Below, piece by piece: positions 44,925 through 58,184 of a DNA stretch of 64,000 bases. The DNA comes from Scyliorhinus canicula (Eukaryota), in NCBI RefSeq assembly GCF_902713615.1, contig NW_024055458.1, forward strand, positions 1 through 64,000, read 5' to 3'. The translations under genes were made by a program, and so were the position numbers. Numbering within the stretch: position 1 is the first letter of the stretch; each line of letters begins with the position of its first letter. A model generated the notes under the pieces. It was not told the DNA's origin, searched no databases, and saw only the letters and a program-made list of their open reading frames with translations.

Positions 44925-47110
44925 GGGCTGAAGTCTTCCCCCACAGAGTAATGCGCCAGATTTATTTTCATTGATTACCGCACAATCAACATCCTGGGGT
45001 TGTCATTGGCCGGAAACTGAACTGGACAAGCCAGACGAATGCTGTGGCTGCCAGAGCCGTTCAAAGGGTAGAGATCCGGTGGCGAGTAATTCACATCCAG
45101 ATTGCCCAAAGCCTGTCCACCACCTGCGAGGCAAAAGTCTGAAGTGTAATGGGGCAGCACGGTAGCATGGTGGTTAGCATAAATGCTTCACAGCTCCAGG
45201 GTCCCAGGTTCGGTTCCCGGCTGGGTCACTGTCTGTGCGGAGTCTGCACGTCCTCCCCGTGTGTGCATGGGTTTCCTCCGGGTGCTCCGGTTTCCTCCCA
45301 CAGTCCAAAGATGTGCGAGTTAGGTGGATTGGCCATGCGAAATTGCCTTAGTGTCCTAAAAAATAAGGTTAATGGAGGGGTTGTTGGGTTACTGGTATAG
45401 GGTGGATACGTTGGCTTGAGTAGGGTGATCATTGCTCGGCACAACATCGAGGGCCGAAGGGCCTGTTCTGTTCTGTACTGTTCTAAGTTCTAAAAGCTCC
45501 ACTTCTCTGGAGTGCAGCTTCAACAAATCTCAAGAAGCTTTCCACCATCATGGAACTTCAGTAAATCATTTGATAAAGTTTCCCATGGCAGGTTGATGGA
45601 AAAAGTGAAGTCGTATGGGGTTCAGGGTGTACTAGCTAGATGGATAAAGAACTGGCTGGGCAACAGGAGACAGAGTGCAGTGGTGGAAGGGAGTGTCTCA
45701 AAATGGAGAAAGGTGACTAGTGGTCTTCCACAGGGATCCGTGCTCGGACCACTGTTGTTTGGGATATACATAAATGATCTGGACGAAGGTATAAGTGGTC
45801 TGTTGAGCAAGTTTGCAGATGATATTAAGATTGGTGGAGTTGCAGATAGCGAGGAGGACTGTCAGAGAATACAGTAAAATATAGATAGATTCGAGTGTTG
45901 GGCAGAGAAATGGCAGATGGAGTTCAATCCAGGCAAATGCGAGGTGATGCATTTTGGAAGATTTAACTCAAGAGCAGACTATATGGTCAATGGAAGAGTC
46001 CTGGGGAAAATTGATGTCCAGAGAGATCTGGGAGTCCAGGTCCATTGTACCCTGAAGGTGGCAAAGCAGGTTGATGGAGTGGTCAAGAGGCACACAGCAT
46101 GCTTGCCTTCATCGGATTGGGTATTGAGTACAAGTGTCAACAGGTCATGTTACAGTTGTATCGGACTTTGGTTAGGCCACATTTGGAATACTGTGTGCAG
46201 TTCTGGTCGCCACATTACCAGAAGGATGTGGATGTTTAGAGAGGGTGCAGAGGAGGTTCACCAGGACGTTACCTGGTATGGAGGGTTCTAGCTATGATGA
46301 AAGGTTGAGTAGATTAGGATTGTTTTCGTTGGAAAAATGGAGGTTGAGGAGAGACCTGAATGAGGTCTACAGAATTATGAGAGGTATGGCCAGGGTGGAT
46401 AGCAACAAGCTTTTTCCAAGAGTGGGGTGTCAGTTACAAGGGGTCACGATTTCAAGGTGAGAGGTGAAAAGTTTAAGGGAGATGTGCGTGGAAAGTTTTT
46501 TACGCAGAGGGTGGTGGGTGCCTGGAATGCTTTTCCAGCGGAGGTGGTAGAGGCGGGTACGATAGCATCATTTAAAATGCATCTGGGCAGATATATGTAC
46601 AGGTGGGGAACAGAGAGAAGTAGACCTTGGTAAATAGGCAACAGGTTTAGATAAAGGATCTGGATCGGCGGAGGCTGGGAGGGCCGAATGGCCTGTTCCT
46701 ATGCTGTAATTTTCTTTGTTCTTTGTACCATCCAGGACAAATCAGTCGCTTGATTGTTGCCATCCACAAGATTTACTGTTGGAACTAATGATGGTTTCAT
46801 ATTCAGCACCTACCAGACCCACGGCTACAACCATCAACAAGGACAAGAACAGCAGATAATTTGGAACACCTACACCTGGAGGTTCCTCTCCAAGTCACTC
46901 AACACTTTGACTTGGAAATATATCGCTGTTCCTTCACTGTGGCTGGGTGAAAATACTAGATTTCTCTCGCTAATACAGTATGGGTGTAACTGCATATGAG
47001 GGACTGCAGCGACTCAAACGGCAGCTCACCACCACCTTCTGAATGGCAACTTGCGATGGGCCATAATTGCTGACCCAATCAGTGGCGCCATATCGCGCAT
47101 ATGAATGAAA
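44925..47110 (+). mobile_element. Nested cluster: old CR1/L2-group LINE interrupted by a SINE (45151-45490) and a CR1 (45550-46726)
   Basis: The host LINE rejoins across both inserts; the CR1 is flanked by an ACCATC duplication (45544-45549, 46727-46732) and ends in TTCTTTG repeats. Confidence 0.85.
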
Positions 47111-47112
47111 AA

Positions 47113-47482
47113 NNNNNNNNNNNNNNNNNNNNNNNNNNNNNNNNNNNNNNNNNNNNNNNNNNNNNNNNNNNNNNNNNNNNNNNNNNNNNNNNNNNNNNNN
47201 NNNNNNNNNNNNNNNNNNNNNNNNNNNNNNNNNNNNNNNNNNNNNNNNNNNNNNNNNNNNNNNNNNNNNNNNNNNNNNNNNNNNNNNNNNNNNNNNNNNN
47301 NNNNNNNNNNNNNNNNNNNNNNNNNNNNNNNNNNNNNNNNNNNNNNNNNNNNNNNNNNNNNNNNNNNNNNNNNNNNNNNNNNNNNNNNNNNNNNNNNNNN
47401 NNNNNNNNNNNNNNNNNNNNNNNNNNNNNNNNNNNNNNNNNNNNNNNNNNNNNNNNNNNNNNNNNNNNNNNNNNNNNNNNNN
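47113..47482. other. Assembly gap (370 N)
   Basis: Run of N. Confidence 1.
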
Positions 47483-47698
47483 CAAGATACTAAATACTTT
47501 TTATTCGGTCACGGGATGTGGATGTCGCTGGCTGATTGTACCCATCCCTGAGGGCATTTCAGAGTCAACGACATTGCTGTGGGGTCATTTGGAGTCATAC
47601 GTGGGTCAGACTAGTTACGAAGGACATCAGTGAACAGATGAGTTTTGATTACACACGACAATGGTTTCATGCTCATCATTAGACTTTTAATTGCTACC

Positions 47699-48052
47699 GT
47701 GGGCAGCACGGTAGCATTGTGGATAGCACAATCGCTTCGCAGCTCCAGGTTCCCAGGGTCGATTCCGGCTTGGGTCACTGTCTGTGCGGAGTCTGCACGT
47801 CCTCCCCGTGTGTGCGTGGGTTTCCTCCGGGTGCTCTGGTTTCCTCCCACAGTCCACAGACGTGCAAGTTAGGTGGATTGGACATGATAAATTGCCCTTA
47901 GTGTCCAAAATTGCCTTAGTGTTGGGTGGGGTTACTGGGTTATGGGGATAGGGTGGAGGTGTTAACCTTGGGTAGGGTGCTCTTTCAAGGAGCCGGTGCA
48001 GACTCGATGGGCTGAATGGCCTCCTTCTGCACTGTAAATTCTATGATCTATG
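47699..48052 (+). mobile_element. Full-length HE1/V-SINE-like SINE
   Basis: GGGCAGCACGGTAGCATTGTGG...AATTCTATGATCTATG. Confidence 0.9.
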
Positions 48053-48699
48053 AATTCGAGATCTTTCTTGATTCAAATGTGAATTGCACCTGCCGTGGTG
48101 GGAGCCCGGGCCCCCAGAGCTTGACTCTGGGTCTCTGGATTACTAGTCCAGCGACAATACCGGTGCACCACGGACTTGTGTGTGGAAAGGGGAACTCACT
48201 TGTGTTTGGAAGAATACATTTTGGCGTGTCAATAAATATTAGCTGTTATGGACGTTCGTTGCAAAGGCAAATACGACTTTCAAACTCCTGCCGATCTGTT
48301 CTCATCTCTTTGTTAAAGACTGCACCTAGATTAATTAATGTCTCTGTTCTCTATCAGCCATAATTCACTGACAAAAGCATAATGAATAACTATTTGGTGT
48401 TGTGTGATTGGTCTGGTAATGGGTGTGTAATATTTTGCTGCAAGGTTGGAGCGAATCTTGTGACATTCACTTCATCACCAGGCTGAGGAACAGAAACACA
48501 GGAGCCATATTGAACGTCATATTGCACAACACAGTCATAAACTCCATTGTGTTAGATATGACTAATTCAGACTTGTGTTCATCTGTGGCAATTACCCACT
48601 GTTTCTATTCATGGTCCGAATTGTCCTTCACCCTTTTTGCTGAATGGATTTCTGTTTGCTTTTGGTGTGGCCACTGATTGTGAGAGACAGAGTCTGAAA

Positions 48700-48805
48700 C
48701 TGTGTATGTATGTATGTATGTGTGTGTGTATGTATGTGTGTGTATGTATGTGTGTATGTGTGTGTCTGTATGTGGATATGTGTGTCTATGTGTGTGCCTG
48801 TGTGT
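48700..48805. repeat. (TG)n/(TATG)n microsatellite
   Basis: Directly visible. Confidence 0.95.
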
Positions 48806-51210
48806 CCATAAGGGCCGTTTAGTCTGGAACACATCATTATTCATTGTTTGCAAAATGGCGTGGCCAATAATTGCAATTATGTTTCAGCACATGACGACAT
48901 TTGATTGAGATTACCTTCCACATCCTACGCTACACTCAATATGTACTTGTAATGTATTGTCCTGAGTGACCTAGACAGTAATATCATGCTGTCCATTCCA
49001 TTGAAAAGGCAAATGTATCTTTCAAATTACTTACAAATCGGTTCACCTCGCTTTCTCTGTCTGAGGCTGCATCTAAATCAGTTGAGCCCTCTTCTCTCTC
49101 TCAGACTTAACTCACTCACACAGGCACACAGCAGCCGAGTCTGGAACCTAGTGTTTAAATGGCACCTCGTGTTTAAATCTTTTTTGCTGAAGGCACTTCT
49201 GAAAATAATTAAGCACCAAAACGTCATCAGAGCAAAATTCTGTGCCGGAAAGGCACCAGCTCATTCACTTAACCGCTCTCCCTCCCACCCTCTCGCTCTC
49301 CCCTCTCTCTCTCTCTCTCTCGCTCTGACATCAAGTACCTTCAAACTTTCTACATTAGTATAACCTCTGTTAACAGATTGTTGCTTTAATTTCCCTTCAT
49401 CTCTCCAGATTATTATTTGTATTATGACCAGTGAAGATCATCTGTGCACCTCCCGATCGGTTACTGTGTTTTTAAACAAATGATATAACTTTTTCAAGGG
49501 AATGGGAATGGATGTGAATGTACTGTTGAGGCCGGCAGCAATCTGTGTGGGTGTTCTTGATGCTGTCAGAGTGAGTTCACCCTCACAGGCAGGAAGACTG
49601 TTCACGGTGATAACATGAAACTGACGCCTGCTGTTTCATTCTCAGGTAACACAACTTCCTGTTTCTCTGCTGCCGGTTCCAAACCACACATCTCACTTCT
49701 GAACAGAAAATAAATCCAGGGACCACAATCTGGTGAGAACATCTGTTAATGCGGCTTATATTTACCCACAGAGTCAGGGCAGATTCACACAGATCACTTT
49801 GCAGTGACATTTACAAATGAACCTGTTGTGATCGGTTCAAAGCTTCCATTCCAGGACATAACTGGATGGTCAGTGGATCAGTCACTGAGTTTCCCCGGTT
49901 CTCTGAAGCCAGGAAATAACATCTTGTTCCATTTCACCATGTTATCATTCTCCCTCTCCCTGTGTAATTTGTCTTTACTGTTTCTCAGATTTTATCTCTC
50001 AACCCCGCCTGTCTCTTTCTCATTTCTTCGCTCAGTTTCACTCTCTCTCTCTGTATCTTTCTCCATCTTTATATGTGTCTCTTTAATTAAACTTCTAAAA
50101 CAAAACCATCAAGGTTTGAATAGAGTAATTAAAGAGAGACTATTACAACTGGCAGGAGGGTCTGTAACCAGAGGACACAGATTTACTGTATTGAACAGGA
50201 GGATTGTTTTTACACAGAGAGTTGTTATAAACTGGAACACACAAGGGGCAATTATGATGGAATCAGATTTAACAGCAACGTTGGAAAATGACGGATAAAT
50301 ATTTGAAGGTATTAAGATCTGAAGGATGAGACGGAATGGGACCAGTTGGATGGTTCATCTCTAATCATTGTCCCAGCACCTTTTCTGTATCTACTTCTGT
50401 CCCCTCTTGTGCTGATCCTGTCTTTAGGCAGCGCCTGGGTGCGTGTAGAAAATTGCCACTAATCTTACAGAGGGTCGTTGCTGTTTGCAATCCATTACTT
50501 TGGACAAAGTAACAGTGAATAGCACTTGTTTCGAAAAAGAACAATTATCGTTAACATTTGAGGCACTGATTCGTCCTGTGATGGGGCGTTGGCTTTTAGT
50601 CTTTGTGTCATAATCTGATGATTTAAATCTAAGTGCCCATAATTTGAGACGGTACGTTGGTACAGTGGTTAGCACTGCGGCCTGCGCTTCTGAGGACCCG
50701 AGTTCGATCCCGGTCCTAGGTTACTGTCCGTGTGGAGGTTGCATATTCTCCCCGTGATTGCGTGTGATTCACCTCCAAAACTGTGAAGGGTCGGTGGATT
50801 GACCACGCTAAATTACCCTCTAATTGAAAATATAAATAAATGCGTACTCTAAATTTACAAAAGAAATGTAGTGTTCATAAGCTGCCTGGACCGGCTCTTG
50901 CGTGTCTGTGTAAATGGAGAACTGTTCGTAACAATAAGAAGAAACAGATGTTTTTGTTTCCCCCGACAGATGCACCATTATAGAGTCTGCCGTAATTGTC
51001 CTCCCATTGGGTATAAACGATCTGAGGTGGAGTCAATCACACGCACCTCACTCAATGAAGTTTCCAATCCGCTTTTCCCACACACATCCCTGTCACTCAG
51101 CATGATGCCTGGGCTGGGGCCCGGAGCATCATTGCTTTCTGCTAGATTCACTTCTTCTTAAAATCAGCTGTTCATGAGATCCCCTGCCTCCCTTCACCGA
51201 AGATTATCAC

Positions 51211-51834
51211 CAGTCTCTGTTATTGATACATTGGAGCCGGTCTCTGTGATTATTATTATACCAGACCCCAGTCTGACCCCGGGCCCGGCAGTCTCTGTTA
51301 TTGATACACTGGAGCCGGTCTCTGTGATTATTATTATACCAGACCCCAGTCTGACCCCGGGCCCGGCAGTCTCTGTTATTGATACACTGGAGCCGGTCTC
51401 TGTGATTATTATTATACCTGACCCCAGTCTGACCCCGGGCCCGGCAGTCTGTGTTATTGATACACTGGAGCCGGTCTCTGTGATTATTATTATACCAGAC
51501 CCCAGTCTGACCCCGGACCCGGCAGTCTCTGTTATTGGTGCACTGGAGCCGGTCTCTGTGATTATTATTATACCAGACCCCAGTCTGACCCCGGGCCCGG
51601 CAGTCTCTGTTATTGATACACTGGAGCCGGTCTCTGTGATTATTATTATACCTGACCCCAGTCTGACCCCGGGCCCTGCAGTCTCTGTTATTGATACACT
51701 GGAGCCGGTCTCTGTGATTATTATTATACCAGACCGCAGTCTGACCCCGGGTCCGGCAGTCTCTGTTATTGATACACTGGAGCCGGTCTCTGTGATTATT
51801 ATTATACCAGACCCCAGTCTTCCCCGGGAACCGG
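51211..51834. repeat. 78-bp minisatellite, 8 copies
   Basis: Unit CAGTCTCTGTTATTGATACACTGGAGCCGGTCTCTGTGATTATTATTATACCAGACCCCAGTCTGACCCCGGGCCCGG starts at 51211, 51289 ... 51757. Confidence 0.97.
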
Positions 51835-51914
51835 CAATTTTAAATCACTTCGCAAATCCAAGGGAAGATGTCTTTTTGTTTTCACAAGAAGGCGGAAACG
51901 TCAAAGCAGCAATG

Positions 51915-53774
51915 ATAAGAACATAAGAACATAAGAACATAAGAACTAGGAGCAGGAGTAGGCCATCTGGCCCCTCGAGCCTGCTCCGCCATTCAATTAG
52001 ATCATGGCTGATCTTTTGTGGACTCAGCTCCACTTTCCGGCCCGAACACCATAACCCTTAATCCCTTTATTCTTCAAAAAACTATCTATCTTTACCTTAA
52101 AAACATGTAATGAAGGAGCCTCAACTGCTTCACTGGGCAAGGAATTCCATAGATTCACAACCCTTTGGGTGAAGAAGTTCCTCCTAAACTCAGTCCTAAA
52201 TCTACTTCCCCTTATTTTGAGGCTATGCCCCCTAGTTCTGCTGTCACCCGCCAGTGGAAACAACCTGCCCGCATCTATCCTATCTATTCCCTTCATAATT
52301 TTTAATGTTTCTATAAGATCCCCCCTCATCCTTCTAAATTCCAACGAGTACAGTCCCAGTCTACTCAACCTCTCCTCATAATTCAACCCCTTCAGCTCTG
52401 GGATTAAACTAGTGAATCTCCTCTGCACACCCTCCAGCGCCAGTACGTCCTTTCTCAAGTAAGGAGACCAAAACTGAACACAATACTCCAGGTGTGGCCG
52501 CACTAACACCTTATACAATTGCAACATAACCTCCCTAGTCTTAAACTCCATCCCTCTAGCAATGAAGGACAAAATTCCATTTGCCTTCTTAATCACCTGT
52601 TGCACTTGTAAACCAACCTTCTGTGACTCATGCACTAGCACACCCAAGTCTCTCTGAACAGCGGCATGCTTTAATATTTTATCGTTTAAATAATAATCCC
52701 GATTGCTGTTATTCCTACCAAAATGGATAACCTCACATTTGTCAACATTGTATTCCATCTGCCAGACCCGAGCCCATTCACTTAACCTATCCAAATCCCT
52801 CTGCAGACTTCCAGTATCCTCTGCACTTTTCGCTTTACCACTCATCTTAGTGTTCTCTGCAAACTTGGACACATTGCCCTTGGTCCCCAACTCCAAATCA
52901 TCAATGTAAATTGTGAACAATTGTGGGCCCAACACGGATCCCTGAGGGACACCACTTGCTACTGATTGCCAACCAGAGAAACACCCATTAATCCCAACTC
53001 TTTGCTTTCTATTAATTAACCAATCCTCTATCCATGCTACTACTTTACCCTTAATGCCATGCATCTTTATCTTATGCAGCAACCTTTTGTGTGGCACCTT
53101 GTCAAAGGCTTTCTGGAAATCCAGATATACCACATCCATCGGCTCCCCGTTATCTACTGCACTGGTAATGTCCTCAAAACATTCCACTAAATTAGTTAGG
53201 CACGACCTGCCTTTTACGAACCCATGCTGCGTCTGCCCAATGGGACAATTTCTATCCAGATGCCTCGCAATTTCTTCCCTGATGATAGATTCCAGCATCT
53301 TCCCTATTACCGAAGTTAAACTCACTGGCCTATAATTTCCTGCTTTCTGCCTACCTCCTTTTTTAAACAGTGGCGTCACGTTTGCTAATTTCCAATCCAC
53401 CGGGACCACCCCAGAGTCTAGTGAATTTCGGTAAATTATCACTCGTGCATCTGCAATTTCCCTAGCCATCTCTTTTAGCACTCTGGGATGCATTCCATCA
53501 GGGCCAGGAGACTCGTCTACCTTTAGCCCCATTAGCTTGCCCATCACTCCCTCCTTAGTGATAACAATCCTCTCAAGGTCCTCACCTGTCATAGCCTCAT
53601 TTCTATCCGTCGCTGGCATGTTATTTGTGTCTTCCACTGTGAAGACCGACCCAAAAAACCTGTTCAGTTCCTCAGCCATTTCCTCATTTCCCATTATTAA
53701 AACTCCTTTCTCATCCTCTAAAGGACCAATATTTACCTTAGCCACTCTTTTTTGTCTAATATATTTGTAAAAGC
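51915..53774 (-). mobile_element. Young 5'-truncated CR1 LINE with uninterrupted RT frame
   Basis: ORF 52024-53940 from SFYKYIR onward has NYRPVSLTSVIGK, YLDFQKAFDKVPH and GVPQGSVLGP; (GTTCTTAT)4 tail at 51915-51946. Confidence 0.95.
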
Positions 53775-54014
53775 TGGCCTTGGTGGGAGTGTTCGTGCAA
53801 CTCAAACACGTTATGATGCCCCAGGAACAGGTTTTACTAAACGAGGAGATGGGCCAGAGTGCTGTGTCGTCATCTCCTCCATCTGATTTTTTGAAAATAA
53901 TGGATAAAAGAAACATAAAAATTTTAATGTAAAGTATCACCGGGAGAATTGCCTGGTATTGTGTAGTCGAGGCTTTCGACTGGTGCTTGCAGCATTACAA
54001 AGTTACCACACAGT

Positions 54015-54330
54015 GGACTGCACGGTAGCACAGTGGTTAGCACAGTTTCAGTTCCCGGATTTGGTCACCGCCTGTGCGGAGTCTGTACGTTCTCTCCGTG
54101 TTTGCGCGGGTTTCCTCGGGGTCTCCGGTTTCCTCCCACAGTCCAAAGAGGTGCAGGTTAGGTGGATTTGCCATGATAAATTGCCCTTAGTGTCTAAAAA
54201 GGTTAGGTGGGGTTACTGGGTTACAGGGATAGGGTGGTGGAGTGGGATTAAGTGGGGTACTCTTTCCAAGAGCCGGTGTAGACTCGATGGGCCGAATGGC
54301 CTCCTTCTGCAGTAAATGCTATGATCTATG
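54015..54330 (+). mobile_element. HE1/V-SINE-like SINE
   Basis: SINE core and CTATGATCTATG tail. Confidence 0.85.
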
Positions 54331-55589
54331 ACTAGATACACTAGAAATCTAAAGTAAATACATAAACTACTGGAAAGACTCAGCAGGTCAGAAAGCGGAT
54401 GGAAATCCGTTTGTTTTTGGTACATTAACATTATTTCCACCCTCACCGGAAGGAGCGGAGAGATTGAAGGATTTTGGAGGCTGATTAATAACGTGTTTGA
54501 GTTGCACGAACACTCCCACCATGGCCAACCAATCATGGAGTGCAATTTGAACCCAGGTCAAACAGCTCATAAACAGAAACGCAACCAAATGTGCTGCTCT
54601 GGCGGGTGCCATTTTCAGGTACAGTTAGTTGCAGGTGGATGGACCTGGCACTGTTGTAGGGGCTGCTTTAGCATAGTCGGATAAATAGCTGCCTTATACT
54701 GCAAAATAAAGTAGCAGTGCGGGTTCAATTCCCGGACCGGCCTCCCCGAACAGGTGCCGGTTTGTGGAGACTCAGGGCTTTTCACAGTAAATTCAATGAA
54801 TCCGACTTGTGACAATAAACAGTTATTATTATGTTCTGTCAGTGACATGAAACGTGAACGATTTTTCTCTCCTCAGATTCTGCAAGACAGGCCGAACAGT
54901 TACATCAATTTCAGTTTTATCTGCCTGACACTATCTTCATCCAATTCACATTGCACTGGTACTAATTCAACATGAGGAAAACCATTTGCTATTGTATCAA
55001 TAGGCAGTCTCTCACACAGACACGGTTATTTGAGACACAACTTTGATTGGCTGTAGTACATATTGATTGCATCATCGTCAGCTGGTTTAGCTCACTCAGC
55101 TAAATCGCTGGCTTTTAAAGCAGACTAAGCAGGCCAGCAGCACGGTTCGATTCCTGTACCATGCGCCGGAATGTAGCAACTAGGGGCTTTTCACAGTAAC
55201 TTCACTGAAGCCCACTCGTGACAATAAGCAATTTTCATTGAAGCCTACTCGTGACAATAAGCGATTTTCATTTCATCAGACTCGATCCTGAGATGTGTAA
55301 TACACTGAAGGTTGCAACTGTTAAAATTGCATCAAACCCTGTATTTTGTACATTCATAGTCAGCAATGACTTCGCTATTTTAGTTCCGTCTTATAAAATA
55401 CGAGTGGCAAAAACGCTACCTCGGTGTTGTATGTACAATAGCCCATCTGTCATTTATGCTTTAATGCTCTAATTCTCTATTTGGATTTCTGGAATCTGTG
55501 TTCCTGTCAGTTCGGAATTTGAGGCTGTTTCTTGTATTGTTATATTTGACCTATTCCGGTTATTATTGTTGAAAGAACTTCTACAATTA

Positions 55590-56170
55590 TGATCACACAA
55601 ATACACGCGCATTGTCGCATTGTCCTTCTAGATGGCAGTGGTCGTAGGTTTGGAAGGTGCTGCCTCTGTTGCCGTAGTAAGTTTCGAAAGTGCATCTTGG
55701 AAATATTACATAATCTCACTGTTTGTCGGTGGTTGAGGGATTGGATGTTTGTGGAAGTGATATCAAGCAAAGAGGCTGTTTTGTCCTGTGTTCCTAGACT
55801 TGACGTGCTCTGGCAGACACCGTACTTATTGGGCTATTCTATTTCAGTCTCTGGTCAATGGTCATCCCCAGGATATTTATGTTGGGGGATTCCGCGATGA
55901 TAATTCCATTGAATGTCAGGGGGTGATGGTTCGACCCTCTCTTGTAGGATGGACATTGCCTGTAATTGCCACTCGCTGGTCAAACCTGAATATCGTCCAG
56001 GTCTTGTTGAATTTAGTAATAGGCTGCTTCAGTATGTGAGGGGTCGAATGGGTGGTTTAAATTGTGCAATCATCAGAGAACATCCTTATTTCTGACTATA
56101 TGAGTTAAAGAAGATCATTGATGATGCAATGGTGACCATTGATGGTGGTTGTGCCTCGACCCCTACCCTG
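55590..56170 (-). mobile_element. Decayed CR1/L2-group LINE fragment
   Basis: Reverse-strand homology to 6320-7135; includes a degenerate PQG RT motif near 56170. Confidence 0.65.
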
Positions 56171-58184
56171 AGGAATGTGGCAGGTTATATTACAGTAATA
56201 ACTGAGACAGATCCTCATGTAATACAAACAGGAACATTTTCTGGTTTCGTATCAGTGAAGTAAGAATTGGGACACGAACCATTCTCATATTATCCGAGAG
56301 ATGATTCAATGCAGTTTTAACTTACGGAGTGCTGAGCGTAATATAAAGAGGACCTTGGTTCAACATGTTAACAGCTGGGATTGAGCCGAGTATGGTAACA
56401 ACTGAGACCTGCAGTCGTAAAATCAGAAACATGACCGAGCTTTATCGGTAGAGTCGCCATAGTCCCAGATGACCATAGGTTGCTTTCCTTTTTCAGGTGG
56501 TGATTTAACCTGAAGCTGGGGATAAGGTTGGGAAGGCAAGTCCTTCATGAATAACATTAGCCGGTATGCGAATTCACCCCGTGCTGTTGGCCTGGTTCTG
56601 GGTCAGAAACCAGCTGTCTAACCAACTGAGCTAGCCGAATATATTCAAAGACGGTGTCTCGTTTAATTTGAACACCGACAGAGTCCATTGTCGTAATAAT
56701 TGAGACAATCTCTGCTTCATGTAGTGTCAGCAATCACGGTGTCACTGATTGGGTCCAGGCCCACCCATCTTTCGCTGCAACACGGCCACCAACTGGCCAA
56801 AGTGTACTATTGCAGTTTCTGATTTAAACAGAAAGAAGTCATGCGATGTGGGCCTCAGTGGCGAGGCCAACATTTATTGACCATTTCTAAACCCATGAGC
56901 TGATTAGCTTATTGGGTCACTTGTTTGCATTTTACAATTCAATTTTCAGCTGTTGTAGGATTTGAACACAGGGCCTCAAAGGATTAGGTTGGGCATCTTA
57001 ATTACTGCCCAGTGACATCGCAGCTAACCCACTGCCGTCCCTTTAAAACAGTCTGAGAGTGTTTTCAATGCAGCAGAAGCCCTTCCACCCAGCATGCATG
57101 TGCTGACTAACGAAAGGGGCGGTTGATGCAATACTTCTAATTTCTCTGTAACCTAGCATTAGTTTTCCTTTTAAGAGAACAATTCAATTCCCCTATGAAA
57201 GCGTTAATTGACCCGACCTCTAACATACCCTCAAACAGTCCAGTCCACATCCTAACCACTCATTGGGTGAAAATGTTTCTCCTCATGTCTCCATGACTCT
57301 TTTCCCAATTACCTTCAACCTGTGCTCTCTGGTACTCGACCCTCCCACCGATGGGATCAATTCCTCCCATCTACTCTGTCTAGAACCCTCGTGATTTTTA
57401 ATACCTCTCTCAGGTCACTTTTTAACCTGCTCGTCAAGAGAAACAGTCGCAACTTCTCAAATCTATCTTCCTGAATAAAGTTCCTAATCTCTGGACCCAT
57501 TCCCGTAAATATTTTTGCATCCACCCGAATTCTCCCTATGTGCGAATCCCCCAATACCTCAGTTCAGTCCGAACCAGAGGCTCAGACAGGTTTAACGTAA
57601 CGTCCTTGCCTCTGTATGCTATATCCCCATTGATAATTACCTTAATTCGGTGCTATGCCAACCGTTCACTCAATCTGTCATGTTAACCATCAATAATGTA
57701 TCAACGCATAGGTCCCGCTACCCTGCACCATCCTGAGAATCATTCCGTTTATTTTATTTTGCCTTTCTGTATTCTGCCTCCCATATGAATTACTTCATAC
57801 TTCTCCGCATTAAATCAATCTGTCATGTTTTTGCCCTTTCCACCAACGTTGTACATTATCCGAATACTGGTTCACAACACCTTCAATTTTCGTAAAATCC
57901 ACAGATTTCGAAAATCTTCCCTCACAACCAAGGTCTAAGTTATTCATTTGTAATACATAGGGCCGTAATACCGATCCCTGGAAACTTCACTTCAAACCGC
58001 CTTTCACTCCGAAAAACAATGTTCAACGCTCCGAGTTGTTTCATAGCAATTTTGTATCCATATTGCAACTGTGCATTTCACCCCCGGATCTCCATTGCTG
58101 CTCACAAGTCAGTGGTGCAAAATTTGGAAGTTCAGCCGCACCATTACGGCATGGTGGAACAGTGTTTAGCACTGCAACCTTACA

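Noticed and set aside
46970-47551. ORFs spanning the N run
   Set aside because: Artefacts of the assembly gap.
48960-49010. Minus-strand TA*YYC motif
   Set aside because: In-frame stop, no upstream V framework and no valid RSS.
49615-50298. Leader-like mini exon (MKLTPAVSFS|GT) plus downstream exon, and ORF 49804-50298
   Set aside because: The peptide is not hydrophobic enough for a signal, the product is unrecognisable and the ORF runs into CT-rich low complexity; the enhancer reading fits better.
51174-51926. 250-aa repetitive ORF
   Set aside because: A by-product of a 78-bp (multiple of 3) stop-free minisatellite; no splice or promoter support.
56140-56205. Minus-strand YYC followed by CACATTC...ACAACCACC, resembling a V end plus RSS
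   Set aside because: The spacer is 20 nt, no V framework lies upstream, and the sequence is explained by a LINE PQG motif.
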